The position numbers and the translations under genes are program-made. Shown one piece after another: positions 34,752 through 43,832 of a stretch of 64,000 nt of DNA. The stretch comes from a candidate division WOR-3 bacterium (GTDB lineage: Bacteria; Hydrothermota; Tepidihabitantia; SM23-42; JAOAFX01). Every line of letters starts with the position of its first letter. Positions within the stretch are counted from its first letter, which is position 1. The DNA is taken from positions 5,833-69,832 of the forward strand of contig JAOAFX010000001.1 in NCBI GenBank assembly GCA_026416055.1, written 5' to 3'. Under the pieces are notes generated by a model. The model had not been told where the DNA came from and searched no databases. It worked only from the letters and a program-made list of their open reading frames with translations.

Positions 34752-35870
34752 ATGGGAATGGGTTTCTCCGGATTCATGCTTTTGTTCAACCTTTATCTGA
34801 AAAGCATAAATCTGGGTGAAGGAAAAATTGGAAATATAATCACCGCAAGCACCCTTGGGACCCTGATAATGGCCATCCCGGCTTCTTTTATCATCCGACA
34901 GACTTCTATCAAAAAACTTCTTCTGATATCGATACCATTCGCGGTAATCTGTTATTTCATCCAGGTTTCAATACAAAGCTATCATATAGTATTATGGACG
35001 AGCCTTCTGTCCGGTATTGCCAATGTCTTTTTCCAAGTCGCCGCCGCACCGTTTTTTATGCGCAATTCCACACCCAATGAAAGGCCTTATCTTTTTAGCT
35101 TAAACTTTGCAGCATCTCTGATTGCGGGTACCATAGGAAGTATTCTCGGTGGATTATTACCAGGAATGATTGAAAAATATGGCCTTGCCGGTGCCATGAC
35201 TTTTCGTTATACATTATACATCTTTGGAGGACTGGTGATGGCTGCAATCATTCCTTATCTGTCGATTGATGAACGGATTGAGCAGAGGATAGAACAACCA
35301 GAAAAAAAATTGCAACTCTGTACAAAAAAATCAATCAATATAAAACTATTCCTGCCCAATTTTGTTACAGGACTCGGTGCAGGTTTGAGCATACCCTTTA
35401 TGAATCTTTATTTTAAAACCTGGCTGGATGTTCCTACATACCTCATCGGGGTCTATTTTAGCCTTTCCCAGTTTTTGATGATTATTGGACTTTTGATTGC
35501 GCCGCTCATCGCTGAAAAAATTGGTAAGATTAAAACTGTATTTTATTCACAGATTTTTTCAATCCCGTTTCTAATAATAATGGGGGTCACAAAAAATATA
35601 AATCTCGCTGTAGTATCTTTTCTCGTCCGGGCGACACTGATGAATATGGCGCAGCCATTATTTACAAACTTCGCAATGGAAAAGGTCGATAAAGACGAAC
35701 AACCAATTACAAATGCCCTCTTGATAATCGCCTGGACCGCAGGCCGTGGATTGAGTGCTGGTATTGGTGGTTTATTAATTGAACATCTATCATCCTATGC
35801 CCTGCCATTTTTCACCACAAGTTTTCTCTATTTAATCTCAAGCATTCTTTTATTTGTTTTCTTTCGTTAA
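34752..35870 (+). CDS. MFS transporter; N-terminus uncertain
   Basis: About 11-12 TM helices. The frame is open from 34578, and ...IPRNCWLFLTGTFF upstream of the first ATG looks like the start of TM1, but there is no ATG/GTG/TTG in that stretch. Confidence 0.6.
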   Translation: MGMGFSGFMLLFNLYLKSINLGEGKIGNIITASTLGTLIMAIPASFIIRQTSIKKLLLISIPFAVICYFIQVSIQSYHIVLWTSLLSGIANVFFQVAAAPFFMRNSTPNERPYLFSLNFAASLIAGTIGSILGGLLPGMIEKYGLAGAMTFRYTLYIFGGLVMAAIIPYLSIDERIEQRIEQPEKKLQLCTKKSINIKLFLPNFVTGLGAGLSIPFMNLYFKTWLDVPTYLIGVYFSLSQFLMIIGLLIAPLIAEKIGKIKTVFYSQIFSIPFLIIMGVTKNINLAVVSFLVRATLMNMAQPLFTNFAMEKVDKDEQPITNALLIIAWTAGRGLSAGIGGLLIEHLSSYALPFFTTSFLYLISSILLFVFFR

Positions 35871-36749
35871 TTTGATAAGATGATACTGCTGGATGAGGAT
35901 GCCCAGGATAATAAAAAAAAGTCCGGCAACAGTTGACCACAATATCTTCTCACCCACGGTCAATCTTATAAAAATCAAAGATAAAAACGGGATGAGGTAT
36001 ACCAGAATACTTATTCGGGCGGTAGTCCTAGAAAGGCTCAGAGCCTTTAGCCAGAAATAAAATGCAATTCCCATTTCAAAAATTCCTATATAAAGTCCAC
36101 CAATGATTCCATAAAGATTTGGAAAAAAATCCTGCCCGGATATGAGCATAAAAGCGAATATGAATGCTACTCCAAAAATGAAATTTGAAAATAATTCAAC
36201 GATTGGTTCTTTGAGACCATGAAGATTCAATATCCAGTAAAACGCCCAGACAAAAGCACTGCCCAGGGCAAGCAAGACGCCACCCGGATTTGAGAACTTA
36301 AGATCTGACAGCCTCCCCTGTGTTGAGATTATAAGAACACCGGTAAAACTTATAAATAGAGCGAGAAAGTCCTTCCATCCTGTCTTTTGTTTTAAAAACA
36401 ATGCAGACAAAAAGGTAAGGAGGATTGCCCAGGTCTGGTTTAAAGGCTGTGCCTGCTGGGCGGGAAGTAATGAATATGCCTTAAAAAGGACGAGATAATA
36501 AACAAAAGGATTCAGTATTCCAAGAATTAGGTGGTGAGTCCAGTAAATTTTAAAATAACGTAAAAATTTTTTAAAACGATTTTCAAACAAAAGTATAAGA
36601 AAAAGGACGATCATGGAAAAAAAGGATGCCCAGAAAACGAGCTGGATATAGTTTAAAAAACGCAGGGTAATCTTGAACGCAGAAGCAACGGTTGACCAGA
36701 AGAGGATTACAATAAATGCGAAAAGATATGCTTTCTTTTGATTATCCAT
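35850..36749 (-). CDS. DMT-superfamily (EamA-like) transporter
   Basis: 299 aa, ten hydrophobic helices arranged as two EamA-like halves. Confidence 0.65.
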   Translation of the reverse strand: MDNQKKAYLFAFIVILFWSTVASAFKITLRFLNYIQLVFWASFFSMIVLFLILLFENRFKKFLRYFKIYWTHHLILGILNPFVYYLVLFKAYSLLPAQQAQPLNQTWAILLTFLSALFLKQKTGWKDFLALFISFTGVLIISTQGRLSDLKFSNPGGVLLALGSAFVWAFYWILNLHGLKEPIVELFSNFIFGVAFIFAFMLISGQDFFPNLYGIIGGLYIGIFEMGIAFYFWLKALSLSRTTARISILVYLIPFLSLIFIRLTVGEKILWSTVAGLFFIILGILIQQYHLIKLTKENK

Positions 36750-36818
36750 GGCGCAATTTTACTTAAAATCGAATAAAATATCAAGACCCCCAGGTGAGTT
36801 AAGTTTGAAAGGGCAAGC

Positions 36819-36847
36819 CTTGACATGGGATTGATTTTCTATATACT
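36819..36847 (+). promoter_or_regulatory. promoter TTGACA-N17-TATACT for tatA
   Basis: Hexamers at 36819..36824 and 36842..36847. Confidence 0.45.
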
Positions 36848-36865
36848 TGTTTCAAGGAGGCTTTA

Positions 36866-37045
36866 ATGAATTTAGGCTGGCAGGAAATTCTCCTGATATT
36901 ACTGATAGTGCTCCTGCTCTTTGGTGCCCGGAAGATTCCAGAACTCGCCAGAAGTTTAGGCAAAGGCGTGAGAGAATTTAAAAAAGGTCTCCATGAGATT
37001 GAGAGTTCTGAACCTGAAGAGGAAAAAAAAGCAGAAAAACAATAG
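36866..37045 (+). CDS. tatA: twin-arginine translocase subunit TatA/E
   Basis: 59 aa, so below the track cut-off. My translation is [66 protein letters not shown] lies 5 nt upstream. Confidence 0.8.
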   Translation: MNLGWQEILLILLIVLLLFGARKIPELARSLGKGVREFKKGLHEIESSEPEEEKKAEKQ

Positions 37046-37091
37046 TGCTAAATAATCTGTCTCAAGTATTGTGAATATATGAAGTTGGCTC

Positions 37092-37180
37092 GGAGAGGTG
37101 TCCGAGTGGTCCAAGGAGCACGACTGGAAATCGTGTTTCCGCCGAAAGGCGGAACGCGGGTTCGAATCCCGCCCTCTCCG
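37092..37180 (+). tRNA. tRNA-Ser (anticodon GGA)
   Basis: Acceptor GGAGAGG/CCTCTCC, anticodon loop CTGGAAA, long variable arm TTTCCGCCGAAAGGCGGAAC, T-arm GCGGG-TTCGAAT-CCCGC. Confidence 0.85.
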
Positions 37181-37206
37181 TTTTTAATTTTAAAGAAAGG
37201 AGTTTT

Positions 37207-37935
37207 ATGTATTATAATGGTAGCAGGATTTTTTTAATCTCTTTTCTTGTTTCTCTCATTACTTCAGTCATAGTGTGTATATTATTTTTCTTTGTATTAC
37301 CAATCGGGCAGACCGGAGAAGTTGTAATACCTGATTTCACCGGTTCAACATACGAACAGGCACTGGTCATTGCAGAAAACCGGGGGCTGTTGCTCGTGAA
37401 GGGCGGCGAGGAAGAAAACGAGAGGATTCCAGAGAATCAGATCTGCCGCCAGGTACCACTTCCTGGTTCAATTGTCAGACGAAAATCAAGTATTACGGTG
37501 TATATTTCAAAGGGCTCAAGTGCGGTAATGGTTCCAGAGCTCAAGGGGCTTGGACTCAGCGAGGCAACAATAAAACTTAATGAACTCGGTCTGCGCATAG
37601 GTGATATTAAGACTGAAGAGAATGCTACAGTGGATAAGGATAAAATAGTGACGACCCAACCTCCACCCAATACAAAAGTAAAAAAGGGAGATGCCATAAC
37701 AATCGTCTTAAGTGGCGGAACAGAAATGATTGAAGTGCCCCGGGTTATAGGAAGAGCCCTCGCAACAGCCAAAAGGATTATTGAGGAAAGAGGGTTCGTC
37801 GTGGGGAATGTAGCATATGAAGTGAGCACAGAGTTTGATGTGGGAATAGTGATGGCACAAAATCCGCGTGCCGGAGCAAAGTTAAAAAAGGGGTCAAAAA
37901 TAGATTTAACCGTTGCTACAGTCCTTGACCAGTGA
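37207..37935 (+). CDS. membrane-anchored protein made of three PASTA domains, with no kinase or PBP domain
   Basis: N-terminal TM helix, then three repeats of the type VVIPDFTGSTYEQALVIAENRGL...VPLPGSIVRRKSSITVYISKG. Confidence 0.7.
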   Translation: MYYNGSRIFLISFLVSLITSVIVCILFFFVLPIGQTGEVVIPDFTGSTYEQALVIAENRGLLLVKGGEEENERIPENQICRQVPLPGSIVRRKSSITVYISKGSSAVMVPELKGLGLSEATIKLNELGLRIGDIKTEENATVDKDKIVTTQPPPNTKVKKGDAITIVLSGGTEMIEVPRVIGRALATAKRIIEERGFVVGNVAYEVSTEFDVGIVMAQNPRAGAKLKKGSKIDLTVATVLDQ

Positions 37936-38636
37936 AAAGATTTTTGACTTATTTAATTATCATTCTGATTTTTTTCATTATCGGGCTTTTACTTGCAAAT
38001 TTTTTGCTGATGCCTATGCTGGTGCGCAGAGGTGAGGAAGTCTTTGTTCCGAATGTTTGTAATATGCCCCTTGACTCAGCCACTGCAGTCCTCAAGAGAG
38101 CCGGATTACAATCGGTAGTGGTAGAAAGGAGATACGACCAGATCATCGAAGAAGGAAGGGTGATTACCCAGGAGCCTCTTCCTGATACAAAAGTAAAAAA
38201 AGGCAGAATTGTTAATCTTTCTGTGAGTCTGGGTGCTGAGAAGGTTGCGATCCCGGTCTTGACTGGGCTTGAACTTGCCCGTGCCCGACAAATAATTGAA
38301 AGGCTGGGATTAGTTCTTGAAGATATTGATTCAGTTTATTCAGATTCACTAGGTGAAGGGAAGGTAATCCAAACCATTCCTGAACCCGAAACTGAAGTAA
38401 AGAAAGGTGATGGAATAAAAATCATAATGAGCAAAGGTATTTTATTGAAAATTCCGAATTTAATTGGACTCAAACTCGATTCTGCACGGGTATTGATAAA
38501 AAATATCGGTTTGAACATAGGAATGATAACCGAAGTTGAAGGGACTGGAGAGAAGGGCACAATTATCGTCCAGAATCCCCAGCCTGACCAATTGGCAAAT
38601 AAGGGCGATACAATAAACCTCATGGTTGTGAAGTGA
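37932..38636 (+). CDS. second membrane-anchored triple-PASTA protein
   Basis: The GTG start overlaps the upstream stop (GTGA). TM helix followed by three PASTA-like repeats (VFVPNVCNMPLDSATAVLKRAGL...). Confidence 0.7.
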   Translation: MKRFLTYLIIILIFFIIGLLLANFLLMPMLVRRGEEVFVPNVCNMPLDSATAVLKRAGLQSVVVERRYDQIIEEGRVITQEPLPDTKVKKGRIVNLSVSLGAEKVAIPVLTGLELARARQIIERLGLVLEDIDSVYSDSLGEGKVIQTIPEPETEVKKGDGIKIIMSKGILLKIPNLIGLKLDSARVLIKNIGLNIGMITEVEGTGEKGTIIVQNPQPDQLANKGDTINLMVVK

Positions 38637-39283
38637 AGATTGCTCCCTCAATAATCGCTGCTGATTTCACAAGATTGAGATCAGAAATAAAAAAGGTTGA
38701 GAATGCAGGCGCAGATTTAATCCATCTTGACATAATGGATGGTGTCTTTGTGCCGAATATCACATTTGGACCGATGATTGTTGAAGCAATCAATAGAATG
38801 ACCGAATTAGAACTCGATGCGCATCTCATGATTGTCAATCCCGAAAATTACTATGAGCGATTCATCGAAAGTGGAGCTGACTGGATTTCTTTCCATATTG
38901 AAACCGTGGCTGATGTGAAAAAGAGTATAAAGTTCTTAAAAGAAAAAAAATGCCGTGCAGGAATTGCGATAAATCCGGAGACCCCGCTGAAAAAAGTCCT
39001 CAAGTTTATTGAGGAACTCGATTATCTGTTAATCATGAGCGTCCATCCTGGATTTTACGGACAGAAATTCATACCTGAAGTTTTGAAGAAGATTGAACAG
39101 GCAAGGGAATATATAGATAAAAATAATTATAAATGCCTGGTTCAGGTTGATGGTGGCATAAATGGGGATAATGCAGGACGCGTTGCCCGATCCGGGGCTG
39201 ATATACTTGTAGCCGGAGCCGGGGTATTCAAGACCAGAGATTATAAAAAGGCAATAAGGAGCTTGAAATGTTCCAGAACCTGA
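38633..39283 (+). CDS. rpe: ribulose-phosphate 3-epimerase
   Basis: MKIAPSIIAADF...DLIHLDIMDGVFVPNITFGP...VDGGIN motifs. Confidence 0.9.
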   Translation: MKIAPSIIAADFTRLRSEIKKVENAGADLIHLDIMDGVFVPNITFGPMIVEAINRMTELELDAHLMIVNPENYYERFIESGADWISFHIETVADVKKSIKFLKEKKCRAGIAINPETPLKKVLKFIEELDYLLIMSVHPGFYGQKFIPEVLKKIEQAREYIDKNNYKCLVQVDGGINGDNAGRVARSGADILVAGAGVFKTRDYKKAIRSLKCSRT

Positions 39284-40569
39284 CCGATAGATTCCATATT
39301 TTCCGGAGAAAAGTATTGGGTTACGGCAGGATTACAAAGTCCGAAATCGATACGATACTAAAAGAACTGCGCATAACCCTTCTTGAGGCCGATGTTCATT
39401 ATCAGGTTGTGAAAGAATTTATCGAGAATATAAACAAAAAGGCGTTAAATCAGAATCTTGACAAACGGCTCAGCCCTGGAGAATTGATAATGAAGATTGT
39501 TTTTGAAGAACTTGTAGAATTGCTGGGAAAAAGCCCCCGTTATATCAACTTTAGAACTAATGGTCCAACGATAATAAGCCTTCTGGGTTTACAGGGGGTG
39601 GGTAAAACGACGACTGCAGCAAAGATTGCCTATCGTTTTAGTAACAAAAAACCCTTGCTTGTTCCGGCTGATGCCAAAAGACCTGCAGCAGTTGAGCAAC
39701 TGACTCAACTGGGAAAAAGGAATAACATCCCGGTTTTTTCTCTCCAGAACAATGATCCTGTTTTGACCGCAAAACTTGCCAAGGAGACTGCAGAAAAACA
39801 GGGATTTGGTCTTTTGATAATTGATACTGCTGGAAGATTGCATATTGATGATGAACTCGTTGATGAACTGGTCCAGATTCATAATACCGTAAAACCAGAT
39901 TATAAGATTCTGGTCGCCGATGGTATGACTGGGCAGGATGCAGTAAATCAGGCAAAGGCTTTTAAAGAAAAAGTGGGGCTTGACGGTGTGATTTTGACAA
40001 AACTTGACGGTGATGCCCGGGGCGGAGCAGCTCTTTCCATTGCCCGGATTTCAGGTGTTCCTATCTACTACATCGGCATAAGTGAAAATGTGGATGGACT
40101 TGAGGAATTTCATCCTGACCGTATTGCCCAGCGGATTTTAGGCATGGGTGATGTGGTGAGTCTGGTTGAAAAAGTAAAAACTATAGAAAGAGATATTGAT
40201 CAGGCGCATTTACAGAGAAAGATTGTCAGAGGCGAGTTAAACCTTGAAGATTTTTTAGAACAGCTACGGGCATTAAAAAGGCTTGGACCACTCTCCAGAC
40301 TTGTGGAAATGCTGCCCGGTGTAAATGAATCTGATGTCGATGAAAGAGAATTCAAAAAGATTGAGGCAATAATAAATTCAATGACCGTAAAAGAAAGACA
40401 GCATCCCGAGATCATAGATGGTTCAAGAAGACGAAGGATTGCCTTAGGAAGCGGGACGACCGTAGCCGATGTCAATCAGTTGTTGAAACAGTTTTTTTAT
40501 GCCCGTGATTTATTAAAAAAGATGGCACAGGGTAAATTGCCCGGCAGGATACCATTTAGATTAAAATAA
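39268..40569 (+). CDS. ffh: signal recognition particle protein Ffh
   Basis: NG domain GLQGVGKTTTAAKIA, DTAGR, TKLDGDARGG, and a Met-rich M domain. Confidence 0.9.
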   Translation: MFQNLTDRFHIFRRKVLGYGRITKSEIDTILKELRITLLEADVHYQVVKEFIENINKKALNQNLDKRLSPGELIMKIVFEELVELLGKSPRYINFRTNGPTIISLLGLQGVGKTTTAAKIAYRFSNKKPLLVPADAKRPAAVEQLTQLGKRNNIPVFSLQNNDPVLTAKLAKETAEKQGFGLLIIDTAGRLHIDDELVDELVQIHNTVKPDYKILVADGMTGQDAVNQAKAFKEKVGLDGVILTKLDGDARGGAALSIARISGVPIYYIGISENVDGLEEFHPDRIAQRILGMGDVVSLVEKVKTIERDIDQAHLQRKIVRGELNLEDFLEQLRALKRLGPLSRLVEMLPGVNESDVDEREFKKIEAIINSMTVKERQHPEIIDGSRRRRIALGSGTTVADVNQLLKQFFYARDLLKKMAQGKLPGRIPFRLK

Positions 40570-40575
40570 CCAATC

Positions 40576-40603
40576 TTGACATTTCATTGAAATTGGATAT
40601 TAT
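40576..40603 (+). promoter_or_regulatory. promoter TTGACA-N16-TATTAT for the tRNA-Thr/Tyr pair
   Basis: Hexamers at 40576..40581 and 40598..40603. Confidence 0.5.
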
Positions 40604-40619
40604 TGAATCAGTAACATTT

Positions 40620-40691
40620 GCCGGTGTAACTCAGCGGTAGAGTAGCGGTTTTGTAAACCGCAAGTCGCCAGTTCGAATCTGGCCGCCGGCT
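40620..40691 (+). tRNA. tRNA-Thr (anticodon UGU)
   Basis: Acceptor GCCGGTG/CGCCGGC, anticodon stem GCGGT/ACCGC with loop TTTGTAA, T-arm GCCAG-TTCGAAT-CTGGC. Confidence 0.85.
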
Positions 40692-40694
40692 TCA

Positions 40695-40777
40695 GGGCAG
40701 GTACCCAAGTGGACAACGGGGGCAGACTGTAAATCTGCTGGCGCAAGCCTTCGGAGGTTCGAATCCTTCCCTGCCCA
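40695..40777 (+). tRNA. tRNA-Tyr (anticodon GUA)
   Basis: Acceptor GGGCAGG/CCTGCCC, anticodon loop CTGTAAA, long variable arm, T-arm GGAGG-TTCGAAT-CCTTC. Confidence 0.85.
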
Positions 40778-40859
40778 TTTTTTGTTTTAAATCCCGAACG
40801 AAATCAAAATCAATCATCAGATTTCAAAAATTGCTATAGTAAAAATTTCCCCATTAACA

Positions 40860-40887
40860 TTGACAAAAGGATATTTTTGGTTAATAT
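40860..40887 (+). promoter_or_regulatory. promoter TTGACA-N16-TAATAT; leaderless start at 40895
   Basis: Predicted TSS ~40894, with ATG at 40895. Confidence 0.5.
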
Positions 40888-40894
40888 TTACATT

Positions 40895-42514
40895 ATGAGA
40901 AAGCTACCGTTATTCCTTTTGATTTTTTTCAACTGTATGCCACTTACACCAAGGCTTACTAACATCGCTGACAGGTCGACTGAACATTTTGAAGCAGGAA
41001 ATAATCATTTCAAGGCAAAAGAATATGAGAAGGCAATCATTGAACTTGAAAAAGTTGTTCGCGACTATCCCGGAACTGAGGCTTATGAACCTGCCCTATA
41101 TCTCTTAACATTTTCCTATTATAGAATCAACAGTTTTGAAAAGGCAGCCCACTTTGGAGAAAGATTTGTTAAAGAATTTCCTCATTCAAATTATCTGGTA
41201 AAGATACTTGGATTGTTGGGTGATACATATTTAAAACTCCTTGATGATTACAGAGCAGGCTATTATCTGATAAAATTTTATAAACAATCATCTGATGAAT
41301 TTGAAAAGGAGACTGCATATAAAAAGATAATTCAACTACTTTCTGAAATGTCTCTGGAAAATCTTGAGCGGCTGCACAGAAACTTCCTGGGGGAACCTAT
41401 TGATGAACATGTTCTCTACTATTTAATCAAAGCCGAAATAAAAGCAGGAAAGGAAAAGGATGCGGAGCGGGATTTTAAGCTTCTCACCCGCCGTTATCCG
41501 GAAACCGTGTATGCTGGAGAGTTCAAGGATTTCAAAAAAATTACTGAACTCGGTTCAACATCCAGAATTGCCGGTATATTATTGCCCATCACAGGCAAAT
41601 ATGCCCGTTACGGGGAAAAGTTGAAAGAAATTTTGAAGATCTTTGATAAGAATAACTATCTACCATTTTCAACTATTTTAATGGATACGAAATCTGATCC
41701 GGTAGAAGCAATAATTGTCGCAAAAAAACTTATTGATGAGAAAAAAGTCGATTTCATTATTGGTCCTTTATTTTCTATTGAAGCATTAGGTGTTGCTGGA
41801 TATTCAAGTGCGAAGGGTATCCCTCTCGTCGTTCCCACGAATATAGAACTAAAACTAAACTCACTTTCAATGGTTTTTACACCTGCCCAGACGCTCGAAC
41901 AACAGGCAAGGGCAGTGGCTCGCTACAGCATAAAACAATTAGGTCTTAACAGATTCGCAGTCTTATTCCCGGATATCCCCCGCTACGCTACCCTAGCAGG
42001 CATCTTTGCTGAGGAAATCAAAAAGAATGATGGTGATGTCATTGCTGCTGAGTCTTTCAATCCCGATTCGGTTACACTGAGATACGAACTGGAAAGGATC
42101 AAGCGGAGAAAACCAGAAGCAATCTTTCTGGCGATGGATGCTGACATGCTTATAAATACTGCGCCCCAGATTTATTATTATGGTCTTGAAGGGGTTAAAA
42201 TTCTTGGTACCGAATCATTTGAAAATGAAAAAGTAATAAGACTGGGAGAAAAATATGTGGAATCAGCCATCTTTGCAACATCTTCAATTGACACCACAAT
42301 AATACAAGAAATGGCAAAAAATGGATTTGAAACGAGCGACCCGCTTGTATCGAAATTTTTCCAGACGCTCTGGATATTACGCCAGATGGGTGGTTATGAA
42401 AGGGTCAATCTGAACAGTAAATTATCTGAAATTTTCTTAAAAGAGCGTAATTTCAACATCTGGACTATTAGAAACGGGGAGTATGTCAAATTGACCGAGT
42501 TAAAGATTGACTGA
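40895..42514 (+). CDS. TPR plus type-1 periplasmic-binding-fold lipoprotein (LpoA/LppC-like or Leu/Ile/Val-binding-like)
   Basis: MRKLPLFLLIFFNC signal/lipobox-like start, an N-terminal TPR-like region, and a C-terminal PBP1-like region. The track's TTG 40877 lies inside the promoter spacer, so ATG 40895 was chosen. Confidence 0.5.
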   Translation: MRKLPLFLLIFFNCMPLTPRLTNIADRSTEHFEAGNNHFKAKEYEKAIIELEKVVRDYPGTEAYEPALYLLTFSYYRINSFEKAAHFGERFVKEFPHSNYLVKILGLLGDTYLKLLDDYRAGYYLIKFYKQSSDEFEKETAYKKIIQLLSEMSLENLERLHRNFLGEPIDEHVLYYLIKAEIKAGKEKDAERDFKLLTRRYPETVYAGEFKDFKKITELGSTSRIAGILLPITGKYARYGEKLKEILKIFDKNNYLPFSTILMDTKSDPVEAIIVAKKLIDEKKVDFIIGPLFSIEALGVAGYSSAKGIPLVVPTNIELKLNSLSMVFTPAQTLEQQARAVARYSIKQLGLNRFAVLFPDIPRYATLAGIFAEEIKKNDGDVIAAESFNPDSVTLRYELERIKRRKPEAIFLAMDADMLINTAPQIYYYGLEGVKILGTESFENEKVIRLGEKYVESAIFATSSIDTTIIQEMAKNGFETSDPLVSKFFQTLWILRQMGGYERVNLNSKLSEIFLKERNFNIWTIRNGEYVKLTELKID

Positions 42515-42526
42515 ACGGAGGTGTTT

Positions 42527-42733
42527 ATGGCAAAAAAAGAAAAAAAAGAGAAGAAATCAGAGGCGTTGATTGAAGTTAAATTTACAAAGAAAAATTACCT
42601 ATTATTTGGCGCCGGACTCATCTCTTTAATAATCGGATTTATATTATTGAGAACCGGCGATATTGTCCTCGCTCCGATTCTTCTCGTCCTCGGCTATCTC
42701 GTCTTCTTTCCGCTGGGGATTCTTTTGAAATAA
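42527..42733 (+). CDS. small two-TM membrane protein (DUF3098-like)
   Basis: SD GGAGG lies 5 nt before ATG 42527. The sequence runs MAKKEKKEKK...FTKKNYLLFGAGLISLIIGFILL... and contains two hydrophobic helices. Confidence 0.45.
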   Translation: MAKKEKKEKKSEALIEVKFTKKNYLLFGAGLISLIIGFILLRTGDIVLAPILLVLGYLVFFPLGILLK

Positions 42734-42814
42734 AATATTGAGTTCAACCCTTCTTTATCTGGTTGAAATCGCTTAACCGATTTTCTGCAGAAGAAAATTG
42801 GATGAAAGTTTAGC

Positions 42815-43831
42815 ATGAATATCACCCAAAGGATAAAAGATTTTGCAAAGAGTTTAGGACTGGAAATAAGAGTTACTTCAGCCGAACCTTTTATTAAAGA
42901 AGCGGAAAAGATAAAAAAACAGCGTGAACGTGGCCTATTCCTTGACAATAACCACTGGCAGGATAGAGATATAGAAAATTTCTGCAATCCTGCCTCAGTT
43001 TTGAATGGTGCAAAATCAATCATCAGTGCCTTTCTATTCTATCTCACACCCGATGAACCTAATTTATCGATTCCGGGAAGGCCTTATGGGCTCGTCGCGC
43101 GCTATACCCGACGCAATTACTATAAAGAATTAAAAAAAAGGTTGAAAAAACTTGCAGAGCGATTGAAAAAAGAATACAGGGCAAATATGGCAGTTCATGC
43201 CTGTGGCCCGATTGCCGAAAAACCGATTGCCCAAAGGAGTGGAATAGGATATTATGGAAAACACAGCATAATCATCAATCCTGAATTCGGCTCATGGATT
43301 GTTCTTGGTGAGATAATCACCGACCTTGAATTAGAACCGGATACATCTCTGAATCTTAATTGTGGAGACTGTCGTCGGTGTATAGATGTATGCCCCACGG
43401 GTGCAATAATTGAACCTTATGTAATTGATAGAAAGAAATGTATTCAGAACCTTACTCACCATCCGTGCATAATCCCTGATGACATTGCCCGTGTCTGGGC
43501 TGATCGGATTTATGGTTGCACAACATGTCAGGATGTCTGTCCGATGAATGAAAAAATAAAACCCGAAGAACCAAAGACTGAAATAGGTACAGTCGGAGCT
43601 TATCTGCCCTTGGTTGAAATACTGACGATGGACGAAAAAACGTATCGGAGCAGATACGCAAATAACCAGATCAGCGCCCGCTGGGTAAGTTTTGATGCAA
43701 TAAAAAGAAATGCCCTAATTGCCCTCGGGAATATAAAAGACAAAAAAACAATTCCGATAATCAAAAAATTTTTAAATAACAGTAATTATATTTTACAGGA
43801 AACCGCGCGCTGGGCATTAAGTCAATTTTAA
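42815..43831 (+). CDS. queG: epoxyqueuosine reductase
   Basis: CGDCRRCIDVCPTGAI and CTTCQDVCPMN ferredoxin motifs with C-terminal HEAT-like repeats, 338 aa. Confidence 0.75.
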   Translation: MNITQRIKDFAKSLGLEIRVTSAEPFIKEAEKIKKQRERGLFLDNNHWQDRDIENFCNPASVLNGAKSIISAFLFYLTPDEPNLSIPGRPYGLVARYTRRNYYKELKKRLKKLAERLKKEYRANMAVHACGPIAEKPIAQRSGIGYYGKHSIIINPEFGSWIVLGEIITDLELEPDTSLNLNCGDCRRCIDVCPTGAIIEPYVIDRKKCIQNLTHHPCIIPDDIARVWADRIYGCTTCQDVCPMNEKIKPEEPKTEIGTVGAYLPLVEILTMDEKTYRSRYANNQISARWVSFDAIKRNALIALGNIKDKKTIPIIKKFLNNSNYILQETARWALSQF

Positions 43832-43832
43832 A

